A DNA stretch of 64,000 bases from Candidatus Woesearchaeota archaeon (lineage in GTDB: Archaea > Nanobdellota > Nanobdellia > Woesearchaeales > BS150m-G63). The stretch is from NCBI GenBank assembly GCA_016784165.1, contig JADHVD010000002.1:6045-70044 (forward strand), in the 5' to 3' direction. The translations under genes were made by a program, and so were the position numbers. Of the stretch, positions 1 to 10,261 are shown in pieces. Position 1 is the stretch's first letter. The number at the start of each line of letters is the position of its first letter. The notes beneath the pieces were generated by a model, which saw only the letters and a list, made by a program, of their open reading frames with translations, was not told the origin of the DNA and searched no databases.

Positions 1-1055
1 CTAAATATTATAAAAAAGTTGGGTCTCTCGAAAAAGCAGATGTTAAAAGATTAGCCACATTAAAACCCACCAAGATTAAAGAGATTGTATCATTAAGTAG
101 GTCTGAAATCAAATCTCTTGTTAAAGATAAAAGAAGTCTTGAAGCTGTAGATGTTAGGTCTATTTCAAAAGAGAAACAAGACTTTAAGAAAAAAGCATTG
201 ATGGTTAGAAAAGTTTCTCAAGCAAAATTAGTTGCTAATGCAAAAAGCATTAAGGAATCTAATGAATTATATGTTGGTGCAAAGAATAAATTGAAAACAG
301 TTAAAGTTGATTTTGCATCAGCTAAAAAGAAATACAAAGCTTGTGTGGGAGATTCTTCTGAAGAGTGTATCAAGATTAAGAAAAATCTTGCTGTAAATTC
401 TAAAGAATATCTAAATAATCTTGCTGATATGATTATTGAAAATGTTAAAAAAGTAAGATTCAAAGTACAGAGTTCTGAAAAACTTACAGACGAACAGGTA
501 GAAGATATTCTTGAAAGAGGAGCTGTCTTGATTGGGAATGTTGAGAACATCAAAGAAAAAATAGATGGGATTAATGAAGATACAAGCAAAGAATCTATAA
601 GAGAAGTTGCTAATGTTGTAAAAGCAGAATTTAAAGACGTAAAAAAGTTTGTTAAAAAAGTTAAATCATTGATGCAAGAAAGAATCGTTGCTAAAGTGCT
701 CGTAAAATTCGATGCTCTGGAAAGCAGACTTGAAAGAGTGCTTGAAAGGATGGAAGAAGAAGGTATGGAGACTACAAAGATAGATGAATTATTAGATCAG
801 TTTAGTGAAAACATCTTTGATGCGAGATCTAATTACAAAGAAGGATTAAAAGCTCAAGATAATGACGATGACGATGCTATGAAATACTTTGCTATCTCAA
901 AAGAAGCATTTAAAGATGCTAAAACAACTCTTAAAGAAATAGTTAAGTTTGTTAAGGGTGAAGGTGGATGGCAAATACTTCAAAATACACCTGATGAAGA
1001 ACCAGAAGAAATAGGGGTTGTTGAAAAAACAACTACTGGCAATATTGCAGAATAA
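1..1055 (+). CDS. Partial (5'-truncated) Lys/Glu-rich helical/coiled-coil hypothetical protein
   Basis: Frame of ORF 198..1055 is open back to the window start; heptad-like charged sequence, no recognised motif. Confidence 0.75.
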   Translation, partial: KYYKKVGSLEKADVKRLATLKPTKIKEIVSLSRSEIKSLVKDKRSLEAVDVRSISKEKQDFKKKALMVRKVSQAKLVANAKSIKESNELYVGAKNKLKTVKVDFASAKKKYKACVGDSSEECIKIKKNLAVNSKEYLNNLADMIIENVKKVRFKVQSSEKLTDEQVEDILERGAVLIGNVENIKEKIDGINEDTSKESIREVANVVKAEFKDVKKFVKKVKSLMQERIVAKVLVKFDALESRLERVLERMEEEGMETTKIDELLDQFSENIFDARSNYKEGLKAQDNDDDDAMKYFAISKEAFKDAKTTLKEIVKFVKGEGGWQILQNTPDEEPEEIGVVEKTTTGNIAE

Positions 1056-1099
1056 TTGTGATGTTTCCATTGAGTTGATTACTCAATGGTTATCACAAT
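1055..1099. promoter_or_regulatory. Long inverted repeat between gene end and next TATA box (terminator or operator)
   Basis: attgtgat..ccattgagt-tgatt-actcaatgg..atcacaat, immediately followed by tttaaata. Confidence 0.5.
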
Positions 1100-1132
1100 G
1101 GTTTAAATATAACAAATACTGAGGTATTAAAA

Positions 1133-1336
1133 ATGAAAAGAATTATTACAATATTATGCTTGTTTTTCCTGTTTGCCGGATGTGTCCAACAAACAGTGCT
1201 ACCAGACGAGGCTGTTGGAGATTCAAGTATTGACGAACTAAGTGGAGAGCTTGGAGAGTTTGATGACTTAGAAGGAGATATGGATTTTGGTGAACTGGAC
1301 GACATTGAAAGCGAGTTAGATGCCTTTGACTGGTAA
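1133..1336 (+). CDS. Small acidic lipoprotein
   Basis: GAGGT SD; MKR + hydrophobic stretch + lipobox-like LFAGC; Asp/Glu-rich mature part. Confidence 0.75.
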   Translation: MKRIITILCLFFLFAGCVQQTVLPDEAVGDSSIDELSGELGEFDDLEGDMDFGELDDIESELDAFDW

Positions 1337-1371
1337 GTTAAATCTTTATTCTTTTTTTATTTTTTTCTTTT

Positions 1372-3468
1372 TTAAGAAAGAGATGCTAAATTTATTTCTT
1401 GATATAGTTCTTTAATTGTGTTTTTAAGAATCTGTTTTTCTGTATCTTTAAGTTCTAGTGTTGTGAATTGAGACCTTATTTTATTATATAAATTTTTTGC
1501 CCCATCAAAATCTTTTGAGTCTATAAAATTTCTGCAATTGTCTATTAACACATAAATTTCATTATGTTGATATTCTTCATCTTTCATTTCAGAAGTGGCA
1601 GATGGAGAAATGTTTGAAAGATTTTTTTGAAGATATCTATGAAATTCTTCATCCATTAAATCATCCATTTCCGATTCATATTTTTTCTGCTTGGTTTTTA
1701 CTTGTTCTTTTTCTAATTCTAAGTTCTTCTCTTTTTTTTCTAGTGCTGTTTTTTTCCTTAATAATTCATTTTCAACTTTCTTAAGTTCATCTTCTCTTTT
1801 TGGAATATCTACTAAGATTTTAGATTTTTTTGCCAATTTGTTTTCAATACTTCTTAATTCTATGCTAAGTTTTTTTGTATTTGCCCTCAATTCTTTTACT
1901 TTTAGAATCTTTTCTTGATCTTTTTTTGTTTTATTATCTCTTTTAGTTACTTCTTTTTTTATTTTCTTTATCTCTGCCCTTTCTTCCTTTACCTCTGCCC
2001 TAAACTCATCTTTTTCTTGTACTAAATCCAATTCTTTTTGTTTTATTTTTTGTTCTTGTTTAATCAATGAATTTGCTTTTTTTACTAAACTATTTTCTTC
2101 AACCTTCAATAATTTTTCATCTGATTCTAATCTATTTATTTTAGTGATTAACGCTTCTTCTTTTTTAGTTAATAATTGTATATCATCCTCAAACCGCGAA
2201 AGAATGGGTTTAATTTCTCTTTCTTTTATCTCAAGGAAATTTTTGATATTGTTTAACTCAGTGAATTTTATTTTCCATTTTTCTTCTTGGTGATTTATTA
2301 TTGAATCTATCCTTTGGAATTTTTGTTTTAATTCGTTTTTAGTTTTTGTTAGCGTTGTTCTTATTTTTTTAATATCTGATTCTTTATTTGTTAACTTTAA
2401 TTCCTTTTCTTCTATAGATTTTTCTTTCGTAATAACATCCAAGTATTTTTTTCTTAATTTATCTAATACTTTGTCTTTTTCATCTATATTTTTTTTGTCT
2501 TCTGCTAATTTCAATTTTAATCCATTAACTTCTTTCTCTTTTTCTCTTGCGTGCATCAATCTTTCCCTAGTATCGTGATCTGCTCGTTTTTTTAGATTTT
2601 CAATTTGTTGTGTTGCTCTTAAATTTGCAGATTCTAATTCAGAAATTCTTTTTTCTTTTTCTTCAATAGACTTTTCTCGAGTATTTAACAAAGATTTCTT
2701 TTTAGCAAGACGTGATTTTTCTTCTTTGAGGGTGATTAATTTATCTATTTCTTCATTCTTTTTCTTTGACATTTTTTTGATTTGCCCCTTTTCTTCTATT
2801 AATTCTGATTTTTCTTTTTTAAAAAACTTCTTTTTGAAGAATCCTTTTGGGGGTAGTGGAGGGACTATTGTTTCTTCGTTATGGGATAATATTTTTGGTA
2901 ACTTAATTTCCACTTTTTTTGGAGCTTTTGGAGCTTTAATAACTTCTTCTTTTTCTTGTTGTGGCTCTATTGATTGAGTTATTGGAGGGATCGGTTTTTC
3001 TAAAGGTTTTGATAATTCTTCTTTCATAAGTAATTCTTTTTCTTCTTTAAATTTTTTCTCTGTTTCTTTTATCTCTTTTTCGAGAAATTTTATAATTTTT
3101 TTTCTTTTTTTAGCTTTAAGTATCTTTTCTGATAATATGGGGTCTTTGAAAACATCTTTTATCCAATTAGCAATATCATTTTTTTCTTCAGTTATATGTG
3201 CTTTAAATGTGCTGTTATCCATTGTTTTTAATTCTTCAATCATTTGAGGAATATTTTTTATCATTTTCCCATTAGTCAATCTGAAATGTTGATGGGCTGG
3301 TAATTCTTCTGTAAGTTGTTTTTTCATCGGATTTTCCATAGGTTCATCTATTTTTGACTCTCGATGTTTAAATAATTTTGAAAAGAATCTGTTTTTTTTC
3401 TTTGTGGAAGGAAAGAGCGGTATTGTTTCCTCTTTCGTCCCTATGAGTTTTTCCTCTTTTTCCCCCAT
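1372..3468 (-). CDS. Large coiled-coil protein with N-terminal DUF5752-like domain
   Basis: HFRLTNGKMIKNI...HITEEKNDIANWIKDVFKD segment followed by ~400 aa K/E coiled coil; start placed at MGEKEE. Confidence 0.7.
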   Translation of the reverse strand: MGEKEEKLIGTKEETIPLFPSTKKKNRFFSKLFKHRESKIDEPMENPMKKQLTEELPAHQHFRLTNGKMIKNIPQMIEELKTMDNSTFKAHITEEKNDIANWIKDVFKDPILSEKILKAKKRKKIIKFLEKEIKETEKKFKEEKELLMKEELSKPLEKPIPPITQSIEPQQEKEEVIKAPKAPKKVEIKLPKILSHNEETIVPPLPPKGFFKKKFFKKEKSELIEEKGQIKKMSKKKNEEIDKLITLKEEKSRLAKKKSLLNTREKSIEEKEKRISELESANLRATQQIENLKKRADHDTRERLMHAREKEKEVNGLKLKLAEDKKNIDEKDKVLDKLRKKYLDVITKEKSIEEKELKLTNKESDIKKIRTTLTKTKNELKQKFQRIDSIINHQEEKWKIKFTELNNIKNFLEIKEREIKPILSRFEDDIQLLTKKEEALITKINRLESDEKLLKVEENSLVKKANSLIKQEQKIKQKELDLVQEKDEFRAEVKEERAEIKKIKKEVTKRDNKTKKDQEKILKVKELRANTKKLSIELRSIENKLAKKSKILVDIPKREDELKKVENELLRKKTALEKKEKNLELEKEQVKTKQKKYESEMDDLMDEEFHRYLQKNLSNISPSATSEMKDEEYQHNEIYVLIDNCRNFIDSKDFDGAKNLYNKIRSQFTTLELKDTEKQILKNTIKELYQEINLASLS

Positions 3469-3607
3469 AATGGAATTTAATAAGATACATGTTTTATATA
3501 TTTTTGTCATATCTTTTAAGTAGGTAGTTGCAGTTACTATTCTATAATGGTTATAGGGGTAAGAAACCATAAGGTTTTTAAACTAGCAATTAATCTCAAA
3601 TAGAATA

Positions 3608-3778
3608 ATGGCTGAAATAAAATATTGCACAGGTTGCAAAAAAAATATAGCAAATACTAATGAGGCAGTTAATTTTAAATGTCCTAAATGTGGTAAGCAC
3701 GAGATAATAAGGTGTGATCACTGTAGAAAGATTGCTACAGGGTATACTTGCCCAGAATGTGGATTTGTAGGACCTTAG
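3608..3778 (+). CDS. Zn-ribbon RNA-binding protein (DUF1610/HVO_2753 family), 56 aa, missing from ORF track
   Basis: MAEIKYCTGC...FKCPKCG...RCDHCR...YTCPECGFVGP; conserved position upstream of aEF-1beta. Confidence 0.9.
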   Translation: MAEIKYCTGCKKNIANTNEAVNFKCPKCGKHEIIRCDHCRKIATGYTCPECGFVGP

Positions 3779-3785
3779 GAATAAA

Positions 3786-4061
3786 ATGGCACAAGTAATA
3801 ATTAGTTTAAAAATTATGCCTGAAAATCCTGAAGTGGATTTAGGTAAAATTGAAAAAATCACTAAAGAAGAGATTATAAAAGCAGTTGGAGAAGGAGAAA
3901 TAAAAGCAAGTATCAATCCTGTTGCTTTTGGTCTTAACTCTTTAGATATTATTTTTGTAATGAATGAAAGCGATAAATTAGATCCTATCGAAGAAACTAT
4001 TGGAAACATAAAAGGCGTTAATTCTGTTGAAGTTACTGATGTTCGTAGAGCTATTGGATAA
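3786..4061 (+). CDS. ef1b: Translation elongation factor aEF-1beta
   Basis: KIMPENPEVDL, PVAFGL motifs, 91 aa. Confidence 0.95.
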   Translation: MAQVIISLKIMPENPEVDLGKIEKITKEEIIKAVGEGEIKASINPVAFGLNSLDIIFVMNESDKLDPIEETIGNIKGVNSVEVTDVRRAIG

Positions 4062-4080
4062 TTAGTTGAGCATTGATTAG

Positions 4081-4491
4081 ATGAAAAAAGTAATGGTTTT
4101 TGGAACTTTTGATATTCTACATAAAGGTCATGAGGATTATTTTAAACAGGCTAAAGAATATGGCGATTTTCTTATTGTTATTGTTGCTAAAGATGAAAAC
4201 GTAAAATATTTGAAAAGTCAATCTTCCCACTATAATGAAAAAAAAAGATTACACAATGTACAAGAAATAAGCATAGTTGATAAGGCAAGACTTGGAAATA
4301 TTTCCGATAGATTAAAAGTAATAGAAGAAGAAAAACCAGATATTATTTGTTTAGGTTATGATCAAGAAGTCAATGAGGCTGAATTATCGAGTAAACTAAA
4401 TAAAAGGGGTTTAAATATTATAATTAAAAGAATGAATGGTTTTAAAATAAATAAATATAAATCTTCTATCCTGAAAGAAAAAAGGAGTTAA
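4081..4491 (+). CDS. ribL: FAD synthase / cytidylyltransferase family
   Basis: GTFDILHKGH (HxGH), PDIICLGYDQ. Confidence 0.8.
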   Translation: MKKVMVFGTFDILHKGHEDYFKQAKEYGDFLIVIVAKDENVKYLKSQSSHYNEKKRLHNVQEISIVDKARLGNISDRLKVIEEEKPDIICLGYDQEVNEAELSSKLNKRGLNIIIKRMNGFKINKYKSSILKEKRS

Positions 4492-4499
4492 TCAACAAT

Positions 4500-5186
4500 T
4501 TAAAAACTAATTTGATTATCTTTCCATTCGTGTATTTTATTGTAAATTTGTTTCCAATCATAAACTCTGGTTATATTTTTATCTGCTTCAATCATATCTA
4601 TCAATTCATGTTTTTCTGCCCTTGTTTTTTTATTTAATAATTGATCTTCAGAGGTTTTAGTATTCCAAGGATATGAAAAGAGCAATACTTTTTTATCATC
4701 AGCTATTTTTAATGCTGTGTGCGGCATGTCTTCCACCATAAGTTTGACACCTAACTCATCCATCTTTTTTGATTTGTCTTGGGAAAAATAAACCTTATCT
4801 GGATTAAGACCATATTGTTCCAACCAATATTTAGTTCTTTCTTGTGGTTTATTATAAAAAAGTGTGCTTCTGAAAGTTATATAACTTACATCAAATCCTT
4901 CTGATTCTAATTTAAGTATTGTTTCAATTGAATAATCTAATGGTTTAAGATTTTCAAGAAACCCGTTATCAGAATTTTCTTTTAAAATTCTACTAAAGTC
5001 ATGAAAAGTTAATGGTTTTTCTAATTTTTCAGGATGTAAAGAATTTATAACTTCTTCAAAATGATATGAGAGCCAAAGTTTTTTTGACATATTGATATTA
5101 AAGTAAGGGTTGAATATTTCTTTCAGTGCTGTCCCACACATTTCTACAACCACTTCATCTAGATCAAACGCTATTTTAGGTTTCAT
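4500..5186 (-). CDS. HAD-superfamily 5'(3')-deoxyribonucleotidase-like (NT5C)
   Basis: FDLDEV motif I, ITFR, K, MVED, YPWN. Confidence 0.75.
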   Translation of the reverse strand: MKPKIAFDLDEVVVEMCGTALKEIFNPYFNINMSKKLWLSYHFEEVINSLHPEKLEKPLTFHDFSRILKENSDNGFLENLKPLDYSIETILKLESEGFDVSYITFRSTLFYNKPQERTKYWLEQYGLNPDKVYFSQDKSKKMDELGVKLMVEDMPHTALKIADDKKVLLFSYPWNTKTSEDQLLNKKTRAEKHELIDMIEADKNITRVYDWKQIYNKIHEWKDNQISF

Positions 5187-6258
5187 TGTTTTTTTTTGTT
5201 TTATTTAATTTTTTTATTGTTTTAATTAATTCATTAATGGGGATCGTACTCCTTATAGAAATTGGATTAAAATGGGTGAGTGAGATTTTGTATTTTTTGG
5301 ATATCTCTTTGAAGAGTGCTTCTTTTTTGGGGATTGTTTTAAGTTTGTGTTGTTTTACAATTTGATGGATATTGAAAAATCCAACTGTTTGTATTTTTGA
5401 TTCTTCTGCAATTATTGAAATAAATTGGAGGAGTTCTTTATCGGTTTTTTGAGTGTTTTTCAGCATTTTTGCTGTTAATTTTGGATCCCATAATTGCCCA
5501 ATCCATAGTGGGCCATAATTGTTTATTCTTTCGTGCTGTTTCAGAATTTCGTCTGTTTTTTGTTTTGATTTTTCACATTCAAAAAATACTCTCATGTAAT
5601 GATCTTTTGAGTATGAGAATATGGGGGTTAATGCTTTTTCGTGTTGAGAAGCTATTAGCTGAACTTTTCTTATTAAGATTCTTAACCCTAGTTCATGCAT
5701 TATTGTGTTTGTGTTGTGTGTTGCCCAGTATTTTCTTAGACAGGAATTTGGATATGTGCCACAAAGAGCAGATGTATCTGTTGCTGTTACTGCCAGAATA
5801 CCATTTCTTGAAAGTCTTGTTATTGCCGAATCTAAGAAAGGATTTGGAGTTCCAAATGGGTCAATATCAATATAATCAAAACCTTTTGAATTGAGTAAGA
5901 AAAGATTCGCATCATTTGTTGAAAGTGTTGTTATTTTCTTTGTTTTTGATTTAAGTTTATTTAGGTTTAAGTTTTCTTTAATCAATTCTATTGCTTTTTC
6001 TGAATAATCGTTTAGATAGAGGTGTTTTATTTTATCTTTTTTTAATTCTAAAAGGAACCTTATCCCTCGTATCCCTGTTCCTGCTAGGGGGAGTGCAATC
6101 TGAATTTCTTTTTTTTGTAACGAATTCATCAAAATAATTGAGATGTCTCTATTTAATTTCATAACTGGATTATAGAATACAGGTAATTTTTTTGATATTT
6201 TTTTGTCTATAGGTATATTTAAGAGAGCTTTGCCTTCTTGAATTGTTTTTGATTTCAT
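5176..6258 (-). CDS. trm1: tRNA (guanine26-N2)-dimethyltransferase
   Basis: VFYNPVMKLNRD, GIRGIR, DIDPFGTP, TATD, HELGLRIL. Confidence 0.95.
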   Translation of the reverse strand: MKSKTIQEGKALLNIPIDKKISKKLPVFYNPVMKLNRDISIILMNSLQKKEIQIALPLAGTGIRGIRFLLELKKDKIKHLYLNDYSEKAIELIKENLNLNKLKSKTKKITTLSTNDANLFLLNSKGFDYIDIDPFGTPNPFLDSAITRLSRNGILAVTATDTSALCGTYPNSCLRKYWATHNTNTIMHELGLRILIRKVQLIASQHEKALTPIFSYSKDHYMRVFFECEKSKQKTDEILKQHERINNYGPLWIGQLWDPKLTAKMLKNTQKTDKELLQFISIIAEESKIQTVGFFNIHQIVKQHKLKTIPKKEALFKEISKKYKISLTHFNPISIRSTIPINELIKTIKKLNKTKKNNET

Positions 6259-6308
6259 TTGGAAAAAAAGAAAAAGAAAAAAGGCTTATAAGTTTATCTA
6301 TATATTAT

Positions 6309-6656
6309 TTATATGAAACTTATATACCTATATTTGCAGTTTTTGACATAGTCATTAGTTGCACATAACCTTACCATATGTTCTCCCTTAGGGATGTTAT
6401 AGTTTTCAAAGAAATTGAATGTTGCCATTGTTTCCCCTGCATCTAAATTAACAGAGTTACTTGGAATATATATCCCTAATTCTGGTAAAAGCGCTGTAAC
6501 TCTTAGATTTTCTAAATCAGTATTTCCATATCTGTTTACTAGGTTTGTATGGATTGAGAATTGATCTAATGGATCATATTCATTATATCTTATGTGACCC
6601 ACATAAAAACTTAGTAAAAATATGCTGAGTATTAATGCGGTTAGCTCTTTTTTCAT
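6309..6656 (-). CDS. Small secreted/membrane-anchored hypothetical protein
   Basis: Signal-like N-terminus, beta-rich body, GGGGT SD. Confidence 0.65.
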   Translation of the reverse strand: MKKELTALILSIFLLSFYVGHIRYNEYDPLDQFSIHTNLVNRYGNTDLENLRVTALLPELGIYIPSNSVNLDAGETMATFNFFENYNIPKGEHMVRLCATNDYVKNCKYRYISFI

Positions 6657-6781
6657 TCTATTTACCCCCTAAATAGTTGTGTTAACTAATTGTTACTATT
6701 TTAGAATACTAACTGATATAAAAGCTTTTATGTTTTATAGTGTATAAAAGTATAAATAGAGGGTAATTATCTTGAATTAAT

Positions 6782-7168
6782 ATGGAAGTTTATATGACTA
6801 TTTGTAGTAAAGAAAAGAGAGATTATCCTGGGCTTTTGCCTGCTATTGATATGTATAATAGCGATAGGATTGAAAGTGTTTATGCTAGAAGTAGGAGGGA
6901 TCTTGTTGAGTTTAGAATTCTTTCTGGAAAACATGGACTTTTGAGCGCTATGGATTATATTGTTGATTATGATAAACTATTAACTTTTGAAGGGGTTGAT
7001 GATTTAACTAAATTAGTTTCTAATCAAATTAGATCATCCACTATTGATGAAATATTCTTTTTTGGAAAAGATTTTAAGGAATTTCCTGCATGGGAACCTT
7101 ATTATGCTGTTATTGAAAAAGCGAGTGCTGAAATAAATATTAAATTGAATTATGAGTTAATTAAATAG
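6782..7168 (+). CDS. Hypothetical protein, DUF6884-like
   Basis: ICSKEK...PAIDMY...ILSGKHGLL...YD pattern. Confidence 0.55.
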   Translation: MEVYMTICSKEKRDYPGLLPAIDMYNSDRIESVYARSRRDLVEFRILSGKHGLLSAMDYIVDYDKLLTFEGVDDLTKLVSNQIRSSTIDEIFFFGKDFKEFPAWEPYYAVIEKASAEINIKLNYELIK

Positions 7169-7249
7169 ATCCCACTAACTAAATAATTGTTTAATGTTTG
7201 TTTTAAAGCACAATATTTAAAAATCATGTGCTGTTTTCTAGGTTTGAAG

Positions 7250-9007
7250 ATGATTCGTAAACCAATTGTTGCCTTTTTGGGGCATGTGGATAGTGGAAAA
7301 ACAAGTTTGCAAGATTTTATTAGAAAAAGCACCATGATTGAGCGTGAAGCAGGTTTAATTACTCAGCATATTGGCGCCAGTAGTGTTCCAATTGAAACAG
7401 TTAAAAGAATTTGTGGAGATTTATTGGAAGGAATGAAACAGGAATTAAGTATTCCTGGATTATTATTTATTGACACTCCTGGACACGAAGCTTTTACTAG
7501 TTTACGTAAAAGGGGGGGGAGTTTAGCTGATATTGCAATTCTTGTTGTAGATATTAATGAGGGATTTATGCCTCAAACTATTGAAAGTGTTAAAATTCTT
7601 ATGGATCAAAAAACACCTTTTGTAGTTGTTGCTAATAAAATTGATTTGATTCCTGGATGGAATAGTGCTAAAGGAAGTGTACTGGGAAATTTAGGAAAGC
7701 AGGCTGATAATGTAAAAAGCATTATTGATACTAAAATTTATGAAATTCTTGGAAGTCTAAGTGAACTTAAAATCAATAGTGAAAGATTTGACAGACTTGA
7801 AGATTATACAAAACAGGTTGCAATAGTTCCTGTAAGTGCTGAAACTGGTGAAGGGATTCCTGAGATGTTGATGGTACTTGCTGGTTTAACTCAGAAATAT
7901 ATGGAAGGGGCATTAGAATGTGATAAAGAGGGTTTTGCCAAAGGAACAGTGCTTGAAGTAAAAGAAGAAAAAGGATTTGGAACAACTTTAGATATTATTA
8001 TTTACGATGGATGTTTGAAAAAAGGAGACCTGATTGTAATTGGGGGGATAGATGGAGCTATAGTTACAAAAATTAAGGCATTACTTGAACCAGCTCCATT
8101 GAGTGAAATAAGGGATAAAAAAAGCGATTTTACTAATGTTAATATTGTTTCTGCAGCTGCAGGAGTTAAGGTTTCTGCAGTAGGAATCGAAAAAGTCATT
8201 GCTGGCGTACCAATAAGATCTTGTGATGCTAAAGATGTCGAGAAAGTTAAAGAAGAATTACAAAAAGAAATTGAAGAAGTTATTGTTGAAACAGATAAAA
8301 ATGGAGTGATTATCAAAAGTGACACTCTTGGTTCTCTCGAAGCTTTGACTAAATTGCTTAAAGATGAAGGGGTTGTTGTAAGAAAAGCCAGTGTTGGAAA
8401 TATCACTAAAAAAGATATAGTTGATGCAGACAGCAGTTATGAAGAAGACCCATTAAAAGCAGTTATTTTAGGATTTAATATTAAGATTGACGAAGGTGTC
8501 GAGACTGGAAGAGTTAAAGTTGTTACTAATAATGTTATCTATAAATTAATTGATGATTTTAAAGAATGGCAGGAAAAACATTTGAAAGAGATGGAAGCCA
8601 AAGAGTTACGTGATTTGACTTTACCTGCTAAAGTTGAATTATTGAAAGGTTATGTTTTTAGGCAAAACAATCCGGCGATTGTTGGTGTTCATGTTTTGAA
8701 TGGGAAAGTAAAATCTGGTGCAAGTGTGATGAATCGTGAAGGGAAAGTTTTGAGTGAGATAAAAGGGATTCAAGCAGAACAGGAAAGTGTTAAAGAAGCT
8801 GAAAAAGGAAAACAAGTTGCTATTTCTTTACCAGACGTAACTGTTGGTAGACAGGTAAATGAAGGAGATATTCTTTATATAGCTGTTCCTGAAAGAGATT
8901 TTAAAAAACTAAAAAAACTCAAGAAATATTTAAGTGCTGAAGATATCGAATTACTCAAAGAGATTGCAGTGATTAAAAGGAAGAAGAACCCTGTTTGGGG
9001 GGTTTAG
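7250..9007 (+). CDS. infB: Translation initiation factor aIF5B (IF-2)
   Basis: GHVDSGKT, ITQHIGA, DTPGHEAF, NKID; start at MIRKP. Confidence 0.97.
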   Translation: MIRKPIVAFLGHVDSGKTSLQDFIRKSTMIEREAGLITQHIGASSVPIETVKRICGDLLEGMKQELSIPGLLFIDTPGHEAFTSLRKRGGSLADIAILVVDINEGFMPQTIESVKILMDQKTPFVVVANKIDLIPGWNSAKGSVLGNLGKQADNVKSIIDTKIYEILGSLSELKINSERFDRLEDYTKQVAIVPVSAETGEGIPEMLMVLAGLTQKYMEGALECDKEGFAKGTVLEVKEEKGFGTTLDIIIYDGCLKKGDLIVIGGIDGAIVTKIKALLEPAPLSEIRDKKSDFTNVNIVSAAAGVKVSAVGIEKVIAGVPIRSCDAKDVEKVKEELQKEIEEVIVETDKNGVIIKSDTLGSLEALTKLLKDEGVVVRKASVGNITKKDIVDADSSYEEDPLKAVILGFNIKIDEGVETGRVKVVTNNVIYKLIDDFKEWQEKHLKEMEAKELRDLTLPAKVELLKGYVFRQNNPAIVGVHVLNGKVKSGASVMNREGKVLSEIKGIQAEQESVKEAEKGKQVAISLPDVTVGRQVNEGDILYIAVPERDFKKLKKLKKYLSAEDIELLKEIAVIKRKKNPVWGV

Positions 9008-9083
9008 AAAGTTACCCTAATAAAATCATATAATTCTAGAAATAAAGGATAAACATTAAGATTTAGTCTTCATTTAAAAAAGT

Positions 9084-9356
9084 GGACAAGCAGAAGAGGA
9101 TGGAAGCAAACTAATACGCATTAGTGAACTCAATTCTTCCTCAGTTTCGCGACCCTACAAGCACCAATGTTGATGATTAATGCTGCTCCATTCCTGGCCT
9201 GACATAGTTCTCAGGAACATTAATCCTGTAGGACAAAACCTCAACGTAGGAATCAAGGCTAATAAGCAAAGTTTACACCTCTCCCCAACATTCAGCCCCG
9301 CCATAAAGCCCGTCTGCGGTAACAAGAGAGGGCTAACCCCCCAGCCTAGCTTATCC
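9084..9356 (-). ncRNA. ffs: Signal recognition particle (7S) RNA
   Basis: Minus strand begins GGATAAGCTAGGCTGGGGGG, helix 8 TCAGGCCA-GGAA-TGGAGCAGC, 5' GGATAAGC pairs with 3' GCTTGTCC. Confidence 0.92.
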
Positions 9357-9448
9357 AAGGTAAAATAAGCAAATTCTGTTTAAAAATCTTTCTGTTTAGG
9401 TAGAAAACTTTATTAAGTTCTATGATATTAGATTATTTGGGGGTAAAG

Positions 9449-10261
9449 ATGAATCCAAAGATAATATTTCTAGGTACAGCTGGGGAAAGCTTAGTGTATG
9501 GTAAACAGATAAGGAACTCTGGAGGAATTGTGCTACAGATGGACAATATGCAATTTTTGATAGATCCAGGACCAGGTGCTGTTACTATGGCTGCTCATTT
9601 TGGAATAAATTTGAGAGATAACTCTGCTATTTTTGTGAGTCATAATCATATTAATCATTGTAATGATGTCAATGCTGTTATAGGGGCCATGACTTATGAG
9701 GGGATGGATAAAAAAGGGGTTTTGGTAACCAATAAAACTGCTTATAATGGGAATGAAGACATGGAACCAATGATTAATAGTTTTTCAAAAGGTTTAGTTG
9801 AAAAAAGCATTATAGTTGAAAAAGGAGATAAATTAGGGATAGGAGATATTGAAGTTAAAGCGCTTGACGCAAAACACGATGACAAAAATACCATAGGATT
9901 TAGATTCTTTGGTTCTAGATTTAATATTGTTTATAGTGCAGACACTCAATATTTTAAAGAACTAGGGGAAGATTACAAGGGTTGTGATATTTTAATTTTG
10001 AATGTCGTTTATCCATCTAACAATAAAGAAAAACAATTATCATCTGATGATGCTGTTAAAATAATCAATAAAGTAAAACCAAAGGTCGTGATAATCACAC
10101 ATTTTGGGATTAAAATGCTAAAAGCAGATCCCCTATATGAGGCAAGAGAAATTCAAAAACAGACAGGTATCCAAATAATAGCTGCAAAAGATGGCATGGT
10201 AATAAATCCAATTTCTTATTCTACTGGATTAAGACAGAAAACATTGAATATGTACAAATAA
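9449..10261 (+). CDS. MBL-fold metallo-hydrolase (RNase Z-like family)
   Basis: FLGT, IDPGPG, SHNHINH (HxHxDH variant), ADT, THF; C-terminal QKTLNMY. Confidence 0.85.
   Translation: MNPKIIFLGTAGESLVYGKQIRNSGGIVLQMDNMQFLIDPGPGAVTMAAHFGINLRDNSAIFVSHNHINHCNDVNAVIGAMTYEGMDKKGVLVTNKTAYNGNEDMEPMINSFSKGLVEKSIIVEKGDKLGIGDIEVKALDAKHDDKNTIGFRFFGSRFNIVYSADTQYFKELGEDYKGCDILILNVVYPSNNKEKQLSSDDAVKIINKVKPKVVIITHFGIKMLKADPLYEAREIQKQTGIQIIAAKDGMVINPISYSTGLRQKTLNMYK

Noticed and set aside
3541-3560. Possible dif site (ctataa-tgg-ttatag)
   Set aside because: Spacer and arm lengths do not fit the 11-6-11 XerA dif layout
3596-4009. 137-aa minus-strand ORF and the many similar Phe/Leu/Ser-rich antisense ORFs in the track
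   Set aside because: Shadows of well-supported genes on the opposite strand
9155-9368. ORFs 9155..9358(-) and 9180..9368(+)
   Set aside because: They overlap the SRP RNA gene; GC-rich shadow ORFs
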